Assembly (NCBI GenBank): GCA_002269645.1 | Contig: NIVC01000827.1 | Coordinates: 463,929-527,928 of the forward strand | DNA length: 64,000 nt | Source: Macrostomum lignano | Taxonomy: Eukaryota | Reading direction: 5' to 3' | In this document: one piece after another, positions 26,491 through 39,200 of the stretch | Numbering within the stretch: position 1 is the stretch's first letter | Layout: each line of letters starts with the position of its first letter | Notes under the pieces: model-generated | The model's database searches: none | Told to the model about the DNA's origin: nothing | Seen by the model: the letters and a program-made list of their open reading frames with translations, nothing else | Made by a program: the position numbers and the translations under genes

Positions 26491-28290
26491 GGGGGATTTA
26501 GCACCAAGGGGCTTTAGCACCAAGGGGCTTTAGCACCAAGGGGCTTTAGCACCAAGGGGCTTTAGCACCAAGGGGCTTTAGCACCAAGGGGCTTTAGCAC
26601 CAAGGGGCTTTAGCACCAAGGGGCTTTAGCACCAAGGGGCTTTAGCACCAAGGGGCTTTAGCACCAAGGGGCTTTAGCACCAAGGGGCTTTAGCACCAAG
26701 GGGCTTTAGCACCAAGGGGCTTTAGCACCAAGGGGCTTTAGCACCAAGGGGCTTTAGCACCAAGGGGCTTTAGCACCAAGGGGCTTTAGCACCAAGGGGC
26801 TTTAGCACCAAGGGGCTTTAGCACCAAGGGGCTTTAGCACCAAGGGGCTTTAGCACCAAGGGGCTTTAGCACCAAGGGGCTTTAGCACCAAGGGGCTTTA
26901 GCACCAAGGGGCTTTAGCACCAAGGGGCTTTAGCACCAAGGGGCTTTAGCACCAAGGGGCTTTAGCACCAAGGGGCTTTAGCACCAAGGGGCTTTAGCAC
27001 CAAGGGGCTTTAGCACCAAGGGGCTTTAGCACCAAGGGGCTTTAGCACCAAGGGGCTTTAGCACCAAGGGGCTTTAGCACCAAGGGGCTTTAGCACCAAG
27101 GGGCTTTAGCACCAAGGGGCTTTAGCACCAAGGGGCTTTAGCACCAAGGGGCTTTAGCACCAAGGGGCTTTAGCACCAAGGGGCTTTAGCACCAAGGGGC
27201 TTTAGCACCAAGGGGCTTTAGCACCAAGGGGCTTTAGCACCAAGGGGCTTTAGCACCAAGGGGCTTTAGCACCAAGGGGCTTTAGCACCAAGGGGCTTTA
27301 GCACCAAGGGGCTTTAGCACCAAGGGGCTTTAGCACCAAGGGGCTTTAGCACCAAGGGGCTTTAGCACCAAGGGGCTTTAGCACCAAGGGGCTTTAGCAC
27401 CAAGGGGCTTTAGCACCAAGGGGCTTTAGCACCAAGGGGCTTTAGCACCAAGGGGCTTTAGCACCAAGGGGCTTTAGCACCAAGGGGCTTTAGCACCAAG
27501 GGGCTTTAGCACCAAGGGGCTTTAGCACCAAGGGGCTTTAGCACCAAGGGGCTTTAGCACCAAGGGGCTTTAGCACCAAGGGGCTTTAGCACCAAGGGGC
27601 TTTAGCACCAAGGGGCTTTAGCACCAAGGGGCTTTAGCACCAAGGGGCTTTAGCACCAAGGGGCTTTAGCACCAAGGGGCTTTAGCACCAAGGGGCTTTA
27701 GCACCAAGGGGCTTTAGCACCAAGGGGCTTTAGCACCAAGGGGCTTTAGCACCAAGGGGCTTTAGCACCAAGGGGCTTTAGCACCAAGGGGCTTTAGCAC
27801 CAAGGGGCTTTAGCACCAAGGGGCTTTAGCACCAAGGGGCTTTAGCACCAAGGGGCTTTAGCACCAAGGGGCTTTAGCACCAAGGGGCTTTAGCACCAAG
27901 GGGCTTTAGCACCAAGGGGCTTTAGCACCAAGGGGCTTTAGCACCAAGGGGCTTTAGCACCAAGGGGCTTTAGCACCAAGGGGCTTTAGCACCAAGGGGC
28001 TTTAGCACCAAGGGGCTTTAGCACCAAGGGGCTTTAGCACCAAGGGGCTTTAGCACCAAGGGGCTTTAGCACCAAGGGGCTTTAGCACCAAGGGGCTTTA
28101 GCACCAAGGGGCTTTAGCACCAAGGGGCTTTAGCACCAAGGGGCTTTAGCACCAAGGGGCTTTAGCACCAAGGGGCTTTAGCACCAAGGGGCTTTAGCAC
28201 CAAGGGTCGAAAGCATCAAGGGGCTTTAGCACCAAGGGGCTTTAGCACCAAGGGGCTTTAGCACCAAGGGTCGAAAGCATCAAGGGGCGT
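26491..28290. repeat. Highly homogeneous 16-bp satellite (caaggggctttagcac), ~112 copies
   Basis: The pattern recurs exactly every four 60-nt lines; variants appear only at the two ends. Confidence 0.98.
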
Positions 28291-29199
28291 CAAAGTAGTT
28301 TGGGAACTGCTATAATTGGGATCAGGGGCACCAAACCTGATCTTAAGGTGAAACTAATTTAAGTCAAACTTTCAGTCAAACTAAATTTGTTAAGCTTCAA
28401 TGTGAATATCCGGGTAGTAAATTGTGGAAATTTGGGCCTGACTTGAAAGCCATCTGATAGATAAGTTCGTTTATTTATTGTGAAAGATTGAAAGTTCTCC
28501 TGCATTGAAAAACTTCTTGCAAAAAAGCAAAAAAAGATAAATTAATTAATTCCAAGTAGCAAAGAGTTAAAGAAAACGCTTTATAATAGAAAACATATAG
28601 AAAATATTCCAGGCTGTTCCATCAGCATCCGTGACTTCAATTGTTAGTTTCTGCTGATTGTGCTTCTCCAATGTGCCGATTCATTGAGGCATTGGCCGCG
28701 GTGCACAAGTCTGCTGCCAGAGGGAAGTGCTAAAAATTAAAAAAAGAAATGGTTGCGAGCTGATTGAAGAAATGAAATCACAATCCACTGTACCTCCCTC
28801 TCTCTCTCTCTCTCTCTCTACCTCTCTCTCAGCCCAAAGCAGTAAAATAGCAGGCTCTGATTTACCTTTAAACTCTTGGCCAGCTTCCTAAGTTTGTTAG
28901 TATCGCTGGCTACTTTCTATTCCAACACGGACCAGGCATCGCCTTGCAATAAGGCTTGTACTCGTAGCTGCCATTATATGGCACTGTTGTGGCTGCGCCC
29001 GATACGAACAAGCAGTCGAGCAGTCCTTGGTCCGTAGGGTGTACTATATAAGTAAGGGTAAATAAGGGCAAATTTGAAAAACACATTTCTCAAAAAAGTC
29101 TTAATTAACAAAGTTTTCTATGTTTAGCGTATGTACTGCACATTACCCAAGGCCAAATATGCTTAGGAGATGTTCTTAAGGGAACTCGTTGACCTCTTT

Positions 29200-29224
29200 T
29201 ACTCTTATCTCACTCTCTTCCTCA

Positions 29225-29307
<83 letters not shown>

Positions 29308-29540
29308 TCATTCACTCTCTCTCTCTCTTCCTCATTCACTCTCTCTCTCTTCCTCATTCACTCTCTCTTCCTCATTCACTCTCTCTCCCTCGTTCATTCT
29401 CTCTCCCTCGTTCACTCTCTCTCCCTCGTTCACTCTCTCTTCCTCGTTCACTCTCTCTTCCTCGTTCACTCTCTCTTCCTCGTTCACTCTCTTCCTCGTT
29501 CACTCTCTTCCTCGTTCACTCTCTTTTTCGTTCATTCTCT
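29200..29540. repeat. (CT)n and ctcgttcactctctct repeats
   Basis: Directly visible. Confidence 0.9.
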
Positions 29541-29716
29541 TTTCGAGATGTCTCCACAAAAAATTCTGGCCCATGCTGTCCAACCCATGTACGCTTCTGC
29601 ACTATTTTTAGAAATTCAATTCTGAAGGGTCCAATGTACAGCCAACAATGGAAACAATGTACGCTTTAAAAAAGTGAAGTTTGCCTGAACTTGGACGAGT
29701 TCAATATAACAAACAC

Positions 29717-30566
29717 GGGAGCACGAGAAATGCCCGCAGACGAATTGCCCGCCGAGATTTGCCCGCAGGAGATTTGCCCGTGGAGATTTGCCCGCCGAGC
29801 TTTTCCCGCGGAGATTTGCCCGCAGTGCATTTTGCCCGTGAGCGAATTGCCCGTGGAGATTTGCCCGCCGAGATTTTCCCGCAGTGCAATTTGCCCGCGA
29901 GCGAGTTGCCCGCCGAGTTTTTTCCCGCCGAGGTTTGCCCGCAATGCTTTTTTCCTGCAGCGCATTTAGCGACGCGGCAGATTTTGTCTGCATTGCCTTC
30001 CCAATGCTTAGTATTGGTTTTTGCGAGCTATCTCAGCCAAGGAGCAAGCAAACTCATCCATCCCATAGATTTCAATACGACGAAGGAGGTGGTTTGAACC
30101 ATAGACTATCACGTTTTTTCAACCAAACTCATCCAACGGGCGAGGCAACTCGCTCGCGGGCAAATTGCATTGCGGGCAAATCTCGGCGGGCAATTCTCGG
30201 CGGGCAAATCTCCACGGGCAATTCGCTCACGGGCAAAATGCACTGCGGGCAAATCTCCGCGGGCAATTCTCGGCGGGCAAATCTCCACGGGCAATTCGCT
30301 CACGGGCAAAATGCACTGCGGGCAAATCTCCGCGGGCAATTCTCGGCGGGCAAATCTCCACGGGCAATTCGCTCACGGGCAAAATGCACTGCGGGCAAAT
30401 CTCCGCGGGCAATTCTCGGCGGGCAAATCTCCACGGGCAATTCGCTCACGGGCAAAATGCACTGCGGGCAAATCTCCGCGGGAAAAGCTCGGCGGGCAAA
30501 TCTCCACGGGCAAATCTCCTGCGGGCAAATCTCGGCGGGCAATTTGTCTGCGGGCAATTCTCATGG
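29717..30566. mobile_element. Foldback/MULE-like non-autonomous element with long inverted arms of TTGCCCG repeats
   Basis: The left arm 29722-29946 is nearly the exact reverse complement of the distal right arm ending 30565. Unique spacer of ~195 bp; 9-bp direct repeat aacaaacac at 29708-29716 and 30567-30575. Confidence 0.7.
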
Positions 30567-30867
30567 AACAAACACTCTTTAAGCTACAGCGGCTAAACCA
30601 CGGAAATTCTGGGGCTGAACCGGGGGCAATCCAAACAGTTCTACGCGTATTAAATACTTATATGATATGCTGGAGGGAGTTGCAAATCAATTAACTTTCA
30701 AATCAAATCAAATCTCTCTCATGTTATACATGCGTTTAAAGAATCGCTTAACTTTAATCCGTCTTTCATATTGTTGCGTTACTTAAAAACAATTTTTTTA
30801 TTTTCTTCGAAAATGGAAACAAAAAGGTAATCGCATTTTATAAAGTTTCTTAGCTTTGACAATACCG

Positions 30868-31522
30868 CTCTCTGCTCCCTTCACTCTCTTCTCCCTCCAC
30901 TCTCTGCTCCCTTCACTCTCTTCTCCTTAACTCTCTGCCCCTTCACTCTCTTCTCCTTAACTCTCTGCTCCCTTTACTCTCTTCTCCCTCCACTCTCTGC
31001 TCCCTTCACTCTCTTCTCCCTTGACTCTCTGCTCCCTTCACTCTCTTCTCCCTCCACTCTCTGCTCCCTTCACTCTCTTCTCCTTAACTCTCTGCTCCCT
31101 TTACTCTCTTCTCCCTCCACTCTCTGCTCCCTTCACTCTCTTCTCCCTTGACTCTCTGCTCCCTTCACTCTCTTCTCCCTCCACTCTCTGCTCCCTTCAC
31201 TCTTTTCTCCCTTCACTCTCTGCTCCCTTCACTCTCTTCTCCCTTCACTCTCTTCTCCCTTCACTCTTTTCTCCATTCACTCTCTGCTCCCTTCACTCTC
31301 TGCTCCCTTCACTCTCTTCTCCCTTCACTCTTTTCTCCCTTCACTCTCTTCTCCCTTCACTCTTTTCTCCATTCACTCTCTGCTCCCTTCACTCTCTTCT
31401 CCCTTCACTCTCTTCTCCCTTCACTCTTTTCTCCATTCACTCTCTGCTCCCTTCACTCTCTTCTCCCTTCACTCTCTTCTCCCTTCACTCTCTTCTTTCA
31501 CTATCTTCCCCTTCATTCCCTT
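30868..31522. repeat. 16-17-bp CT-rich minisatellite (ctctcttctcccttca)
   Basis: Tandem units visible. Confidence 0.9.
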
Positions 31523-31736
31523 TTCGAAAAACTTATTTTGCTGATGCATTTTTCATTTGACGATGCACTTCCAGTGGAATTTATGCGATTTTCTCGAGTT
31601 TTAGAGTACATTTTTCTACCTGAGTTGCCTGTGCATACGTTACCAATCGATGCTACAAAAACTATACTTACAATCAATCCGCAGACCATTTACAACGTCG
31701 CGCGACTCTTGATTAGATGAACGCCAATGTTCGACT

Positions 31737-31955
31737 TCAATCAGCCACCTGTTGTTGGATTGTTGATGGTCGACTTGTGAGCAAGTCGAAAACAGTGTTT
31801 GTTGACTCATCCTCTGTTTGGCTAGGATTTGGGTTCAGCACCAGCTGAAGCTGCTGTACAGGATTTGGTGCAGCAGCAGCGCTGTTTTCAAGAGCTTGAG
31901 CAGGCGCACTTTCAAGTTGAGCCGGAAAGATGATGGCCTGATGCTGGTTGGCCAT
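31737..31955 (-). CDS. Small acidic Gln-rich protein B, 72 aa (MANQHQAIIFPAQLESAPAQ...)
   Basis: ATG lies 14 nt after acceptor tttcttaatctccggcag (exon starts 31969); candidate upstream donor gtaagt at 32617. Weak similarity to protein A. Confidence 0.42.
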   Translation of the reverse strand: MANQHQAIIFPAQLESAPAQALENSAAAAPNPVQQLQLVLNPNPSQTEDESTNTVFDLLTSRPSTIQQQVAD

Positions 31956-34728
31956 CGCTTTTCTCTGTCCTGCCGGAGATTAAGAAAGGTGACAATCTTT
32001 ACAAAGAAATTATGACCTTTCAGCTCGTACTGTTGATTTCATTCTCTGGTAACCCAACAATTAACTTTGTTGCATTCGTTTCAAATCTAAAATGCAACAG
32101 CTGATAATCTTGTGTTTCAATTTGATTGAAGTGTCTGTAGAGAACATTCTAAAGACAATAGGATAAAATAGATAGATGTGTGGACCTATATCTCGTAGCA
32201 GTCTGCCTCCCCCACGAAAACGCATTCCGCTGCTCTCTCACAAGAGCGGGGCCTTGGATTCAACACAGCCATGTTATTACAAATATGTATATAAAAAAAG
32301 GATGTACTTTGACTACATAACAATATTTTAAGAATTTATTGCAATGTTATGATTCATAAATTCGATTTGTAAAGCACAATTGATCGTTACCTCCTACTCT
32401 GAATGTAATGTAATTATTGTTTATCTTTGTTAATCTACTTTATTAAAACAATTTGAAGAGTTGTTCACAAAAAGCAGATCAAAAGGTTTACTGTTTAACA
32501 CTCTACTTTGTTGATATTTTTGTACTTCAAATTGTTAAATTTAAGTTCATCAGTTTTGAACAAGGAAATACTTTAGTCTCGTACTCTTGTAGATGTTGTT
32601 TGAATACATGTACTTACACGTACGCCAGTCGGTACTTATAACTGGTAGATTGACAAGACGGAACAGGAGTGGCAGTGGTCTGTAGCTAAGCCTTCTGTTT
32701 CTATTGATAGCGGCTACAGTCATGCAGAAGCAGCCTATAAATACATTTAACCTAGTAATAAATAGGCAGCCAATAAGATAAGTAGCCGTGAGCCAGTCCA
32801 AGGACTTCTCAATTCACCTGGAATGGATACTATTTTTTAACTATATAGCCGTATTGTTTTGCATTGAATTTTGGGGAATCAGAATGGATGGCCGAATCTT
32901 GGAAAAACTCAAGCAGAAGCAGATCGACGCGGCGCTAAAGTTTCTAAGAAATGAGCAAAGTGCATGTATCTTCTATCACTTTTGACGATCTAAGTGAGAC
33001 TTAAGTCAAACAAAACAACAAGACTCCATATCCTCCCCGTACAAACCAAACACGAGCAATGTCAAGAAAAACATGTCTGGCCATAGACAGCGCCCGTATA
33101 AGCCATAGACTATAAATGGAGAATCAAAATGACATGTAGACGCCGCCTATGGGTCTGTCAGCCTGTTTCTCTATTTCTATCTGGTGCATTAGAACTTTAA
33201 TTCTACACCTTTTTGCTCCGCCGATTCTAACAGAAGACCGTGAACGAATCGTCTACATACATAGTCAATAATCCTCACATCCAATGATCCACACCACATC
33301 CTATTTTGATCATCTGATCTACAGCACATCCTCTGATCCGCACCAAATTCTGCGGTATACATGTAAATACATGTACGCTCGTACAGGTCATGTACATGTA
33401 GGCCTTACTGTCAGATTTTGTGAATTGTTGGTGCATAGTTTTGTCGTGCTAGAGGGAGGGTGCGAACCCCGGAAAATTCCCGTTAATCTAGGCGTTAATC
33501 TACTGTAATGTCGGAGGAAATTGGCTCTAAAATCAGCCACTGCATCGCTGTGTAACAGTAGAACTACCAAGGGGTCAGTGGCCCAGCCCCTGAAATTTTG
33601 CTGCATCGCAGGCACACAAAACTCCAGAACACGGAACAAAATTTTTGTTGCGCATCTTCTCAACCAAGAATCAAGTCGCCAGCCCTTCGGACCATCGGGA
33701 TATTCAATGATTTACAAGAAGGTCGGATTTTTAAGCGCTAGTGTACAGTGCAGCGTAACAAATTTCATCAATACGTCGACCACATTTGTTTGCCAAGGAC
33801 CACTGGCAGCATATATACTGATACAATTCTAGTGGTCATTGGTGTTTTGCATCGGCTCTTTGTTGGTCACTTAATCGTTGAATATCTCTAGGATCCGACC
33901 GGAGGGCTGGTGACCTGATTCTTGTTTGAGAAGGTGCAGCGAATTGCGCAACAAAAAGTCAGCCGTGGTCTTGAATTTGCCGTTCCAGAGCGCGGGAGAG
34001 AAGTTCCTCTCCCTGGTAGTTCGACGGGCGGAAAAATGGCTTGGTATTTGCAGAGTGGAGGCGCTTGGACCTGGACCCTATAGTATAGGTTGGCGCGAGG
34101 ATATAGAAAATTCAAGTGGACAGAACGGAGGGGGTATGAGCGAGCGGGTATAGAAAAGAGGAAACAGGTTTAGTGTAGACGGTAGAGGGTTTTGTTCTAG
34201 ATCTCTATGTCTCTGCACTGTGCTCTCTCTCTCTCTCTCTCTCAGGGTTAGGCTGAAGTGCGCAGAGCATCATTTAGACTTTGGTCACGAAGGTACCACC
34301 TTCGTAAGCAATACACATTAAATATAATTTAGCGACTCCGTTTCTCCCAGTCCACCCTCCGCGAGGACCGAGACTAAGGTCGAAAAACGAGGTTGAAAAA
34401 CTAACTTCTGCTGTTTGTATTAAACTTGAGTTGCTGAATTTTTCGACAGTTTACAATAGTAGTACCAAAAGGCTGACAAGTCATAAATGCATGTTACATA
34501 GCTCGTACTATCATTCTGATTACTAGCTAATAGGTAACTCACTGTAATTTAGTAATTGACGTTACATTTTTTGGCGGAAGAAGTGTGATAGAACTAAAAA
34601 AGTTACTTTTATTGATTTCACTGTACATTTTTACCATGTTAAATAAAACTAAATTTAGAACTGCTACAAGGAGAAGGAGGATTTTTTAAAGGAAAATGTG
34701 GAAGTTACATTTATAAGTTTTGTTGTTA

Positions 34729-35309
34729 CACCTTTTTGCATTCAATTTCAACCAAAGTCGCATTCAATTTCAGCAAGCTGGCATTCAAAATCGGCAATCT
34801 AAATTTAGCCAACCAAATCTTCATTCAATTTAAGCATGCTCGCATTCCATTTCAGCGAACCACATTCAATTTCGGCAATCTGCATTCATTTTAATTTTGT
34901 CTCAAACTCGTCTGCTCGTCTATGAGTAAACTTTGGTGACGCGTGCAGATTTTGCTTTCAATTTCGGCAATCTGCATTCAAATTCAGCAAAATAAGGTGG
35001 GCTCTGCATGTATCTCCGTCAGAAACTTGTTCGTATGGTCCTCGACCTTCTTCTAACTCAATTTCTTCGTCACCTTGTTCTTCAATGATCTCTTATCTAT
35101 TCTTGATATCTCCACTTGGAGTCGAAAAAACAGAAAGCTGGGGGTGAAGTGAAATGAAAGGATCGACAAAGCCTCTTTGCATGTAAACTGTACATGAAAA
35201 TGTACATGATCATTCGTCTGGTGTTGAAATCGAATGTGTTTTGCTGAATTTGAATGTCAGCTTGCTGAAATTGAATGCGACCCCGGTTGAAATTGAATGC
35301 AAAAAGGTG
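34729..35309. mobile_element. Tc1/mariner-type MITE, 581 bp, TA target duplication
   Basis: ~60-bp TIRs cacctttttgcattcaatttcaacc... / ...ggttgaaattgaatgcaaaaaggtg, flanked by TA on both sides (34727-34728 and 35310-35311). Confidence 0.75.
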
Positions 35310-36218
35310 TAGTAAATGCATGGGGTCAACAAGGCAAAATGAACTTACCGCTTTGTATATAGCGTTGCGATGAAATTTTTCTGACTTAAAGAAGAATTAA
35401 AAAAAGGGAGATACTTCAAGTCCTGTCCTTGGCTTGGCTTTAAAAGGCTAAAAGCGATGTACATTGAAAATTTACGAATGTGCACAGGTGAGCTGTCGAC
35501 CTAATGGTTGATCATGCTATACGTGCATATACTTACTTTTGGTGGGTGGGGCAGGGGCAACGAAATAGCTAGATTCACAGGACCGAAAACAATGCAAAGA
35601 GAGCATTGCCTCAAACTGTCAGGCAGCGGAAGCAGAGGAAGACAGACAGACCACAGACCACGCGGGGGCGTAGATGTGCAATAAATGCAGGAGGACAATT
35701 GTACTATGGTACTATTGCAATAATTGTATATTATTGCAACCTACAATACAACTAACCTGTGCGTGCATAAATATTTGCGTACTTCTACGTACCGGTATTG
35801 CAATAATAGAATTTTGGAAAGATAGAGATAGAGGCAAGACTATAGAGAAGGGCCAGGGGACTGAAAGAAAGAAAAGAAAAAAAGAAACTAACTAAAAGAC
35901 AATTAACCTGCTAGCTAAGTCCTGCTTGCCTATTTTGCTGAAGAAGAATAAGATAAATTAAATCAATATAATAATTGATGGCATTCTCAAATGTTTAATG
36001 TTAATTAAAACTCATTTTGGCTGCTGCCTGCAAACAGCAAAACCTGCAAACAACGGATAATTGGGATTCTACTTGTATCGATAATTTCTTAAAACCAAGA
36101 AGATCCTGCATGGTCAACCAGTTACGCTCTTATATAGAAATTGTAATTTTTTAGTTTCAACTTGTAAAAAAAGGTTATGCAATAATTTCAATTGAGAATC
36201 CGTCAGTTCAAATCTTTT

Positions 36219-39200
36219 TTAGGTCTGCGGCAGATAGTGCTCAACCCGTTCGAGCAGTGAATCAGAGTAGCCGGGGCTGTAGTACTTCACAATCTCCTCC
36301 GGGTAGCAGTTGTTGATGGTGTTGATGTACTCCGCTAGAGCGCTGCCCGGCTCCGCTCTGATCTCCTGGATCTTCTTCAGCCCGCCTGAGGTGACGAACA
36401 GTCGGCGGGACTTGGGATTGTGCGGCAGCACCTTGCTGAACTGGGCGACCACGTGCTTGAGGATGTTGGCCGGGGCTTCTTGGAGCAGCGGCTCCAGAGC
36501 CTCGAGGTGGACGCACTTTTGAAGGATGTGTTTCAGCGCTTTCTTGGACTGCCAAGGTTAGGGTTTGAGGAAGTGGTTTACTCAGGATTCTTCAGGTAAT
36601 ACTCAGGATTTACATCTTCAGGTAATACTCAGGATTTACATCTTCAGGTAATACTCAGGATTTACATCTTCAGGTAATACTCAGGATTTACATCTTCAGG
36701 TAATACTCAGGATTTACATCTTCAGGTAATACTCAGGATTTACATCTTCAGGTAATACTCAGGATTTACATCTTCAGGTAATACTCAGGATTTACATCTT
36801 CAGGTAATACTCAGGATTTACATCTTCAGGTAATACTCAGGATTTACATCTTCAGGTAATACTCAGGATTTACATCTTCAGGTAATACTCAGGATTTACA
36901 TCTTCAGGTAATACTCAGGATTTACATCTTCAGGTAATACTCAGGATTTACATCTTCAGGTAATACTCAGGATTTACATCTTCAGGTAATACTCAGGATT
37001 TACATCTTCATGTAAAACTCAGGATTAACATCTTTAGGTAATACTCAGGATTTACATCTTCAGGTAATACTCAGGATTTACATCTTCAGGTAATACTCAG
37101 GATTAACATCTTTAGGTAATACTCAGGATTTACATCTTCAGGTAATACTCAGGATTTACATCTTCAGGTAATACTCAGGATTCTTCAGGTAATACTCAGG
37201 ATTTACATCTTCAGGTAATACTCAGGAATTACATCTTCAGGTAATACTCAGGATTTACATCTTCAGGTAATACTCAGGATTTACATCTTCAGGTAATACT
37301 CAGGATTTACATCTTCAGGTAATACTCAGGATTTACATCTTCAGGTAATACTCAGGAATTACATCTTCAGGTAATACTCAGGATTTACATCTTCAGGTAA
37401 TACTCAGGATTTACATCTTCAGGTAATACTCAGGATTTACATCTTCAGGTAATACTCAGGATTTACATCTTCAGGTAATACTCAGGATTTACATCTTCAG
37501 GTTTCTTAAGACTCCAATTATCAGTCATTTAGACACTTGGAGTCACTTAGAACATTGCAGGTAGTTATCGCAATCGCAATCCTCACCTTGATCTGCAGAT
37601 CCTCGCTAACATCGGGCCTCAAATAAGCTCTGAGCAGTTTGGGCAGCACATTGGCCTGAGCAACAGCCTTGGCGTGCTCGGGCGAGTGGCGGCCAATCTG
37701 GCCCAGAGACCAGGCCGCCGCAGCCTGGATGTGGTCCTCAGACTCGGTTTGCAGGACCGCGTCCAACGTTAGTACACCCTGCGGATGGGGGGGGGGGCAC
37801 GATCGTAATCTTAGGCTTTTGAAAGAATTGAGAAAATAAGCGCAGCGTGGGAGAGGCGGGATGGGGGAGCGGGGGCGGCAGCCAATGGAGGGTTTTGGGC
37901 TACGAGGCAACCCCCATTTATTACTAGACTTGTAAAATATACGAGCTATATTTTAACTGCACTACTTACACTACAGATATCAGTAGACAAACTTGAAAAT
38001 TTAATTTTTATACAAATGTAGCTCGTAAATGTAATTACACATGTAAATAGCTTATGAAGAACGTGTTAATAAATCGAGACGGGGATTTCAGACACACGCT
38101 CACACAGGGTGCACAGGGGCCCTGACTTTCTAATCGTCAGGCATGTACAGTCTCCGTGCCTTTGGGGAATGAAAATGAACTTCAGGCACTCATTTTAGCG
38201 CCGCAGGCACTCATTTTAGCGCCGCAGGCACTCATTTTAGCGCCGCAGGCACTCATTTTAGCGCCGAAGGCACTCATTTTAGCGCCACAGGCACTCATTT
38301 TAGCTCATTTTAGCGCCGCAGGCACTCATTTTAGCGCCGCAAGCACTCATTTTAGCGCCACAGGCACTCATTTTAGCGCCGCAGGCACTCATTTTAGCGC
38401 CACAGGCACTCATTTTAGCGCCGCAGGCACTCATTTTAGCGCCACAGGCACTCATTTTAGCTCATTTTAGCGCCGCAGGCACTCATTTTAGCGCCGCAAG
38501 CACTCATTTTAGCGCCACAGGCACTCATTTTAGCGCCACAGGCACTCATTTTAGCGCCGCAGGCACTCATTTTAGCGCCGCAGGCACTCATTTTAGCGCC
38601 GCAGGCACTCATTTTAGCGCCGCAGACACTCATTTTAGCGCCGCAGGCACTCATTTTAGCGCCGCAGGCACTCATTTTAGCGCCGCAGGCACTCATTTTA
38701 TAAAGCGCCGTAGGCACTCATTTTAGCGCCACAGGCACTCATTTTGGCGCCGCAGGCACTCATTTTGTCGCCCCGTTGGCGACGCCTCCATAGTTAATCC
38801 CCAGACAGATTATGTCTGTTAAAAATTACCCTGGACACAATGACAGCCATGGCCAGATTCTCAGAGTGGGCGGCCACATATCCAAGCATCATGACTCCCG
38901 GCAGGCGGACGTTCCCTCGACTGTCGCCGACAAAATCGACAATGGCGGCAACTCCGCCCGCATTCACAATGAGCTGCGACAGCTCAGGCGTGTGCTTGGC
39001 AACCTCGCGGATGAGGGTGGCGCAGTTCTTGCGAACATATTCGTCCGGGTCCTTCAGGCAGGTCAGCACAGCCGGGAAGATTTCGGCTTCGACCACCATT
39101 TCGGCCAGATCGACGGAGTGCTTGGAGATCTGGGCGAGGGCTGAGAACACCTGGCGCTTCAGCTTGGCGTCAGGGTTCAGCACCATCTGGGCCAAGTGGG

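Noticed and set aside
23548-28290. CRISPR-like periodicity of the 34-bp and 16-bp arrays
   Set aside because: Head-to-tail repeats without unique spacers, no cas genes, and a eukaryotic context.
29616-30694. Cluster of overlapping ORFs (GQISAG.../CPPR...)
   Set aside because: By-product of the TTGCCCG foldback arms.
33388-34153. 75-103-aa ORFs on both strands
   Set aside because: No motif or phase-consistent exon chain found.
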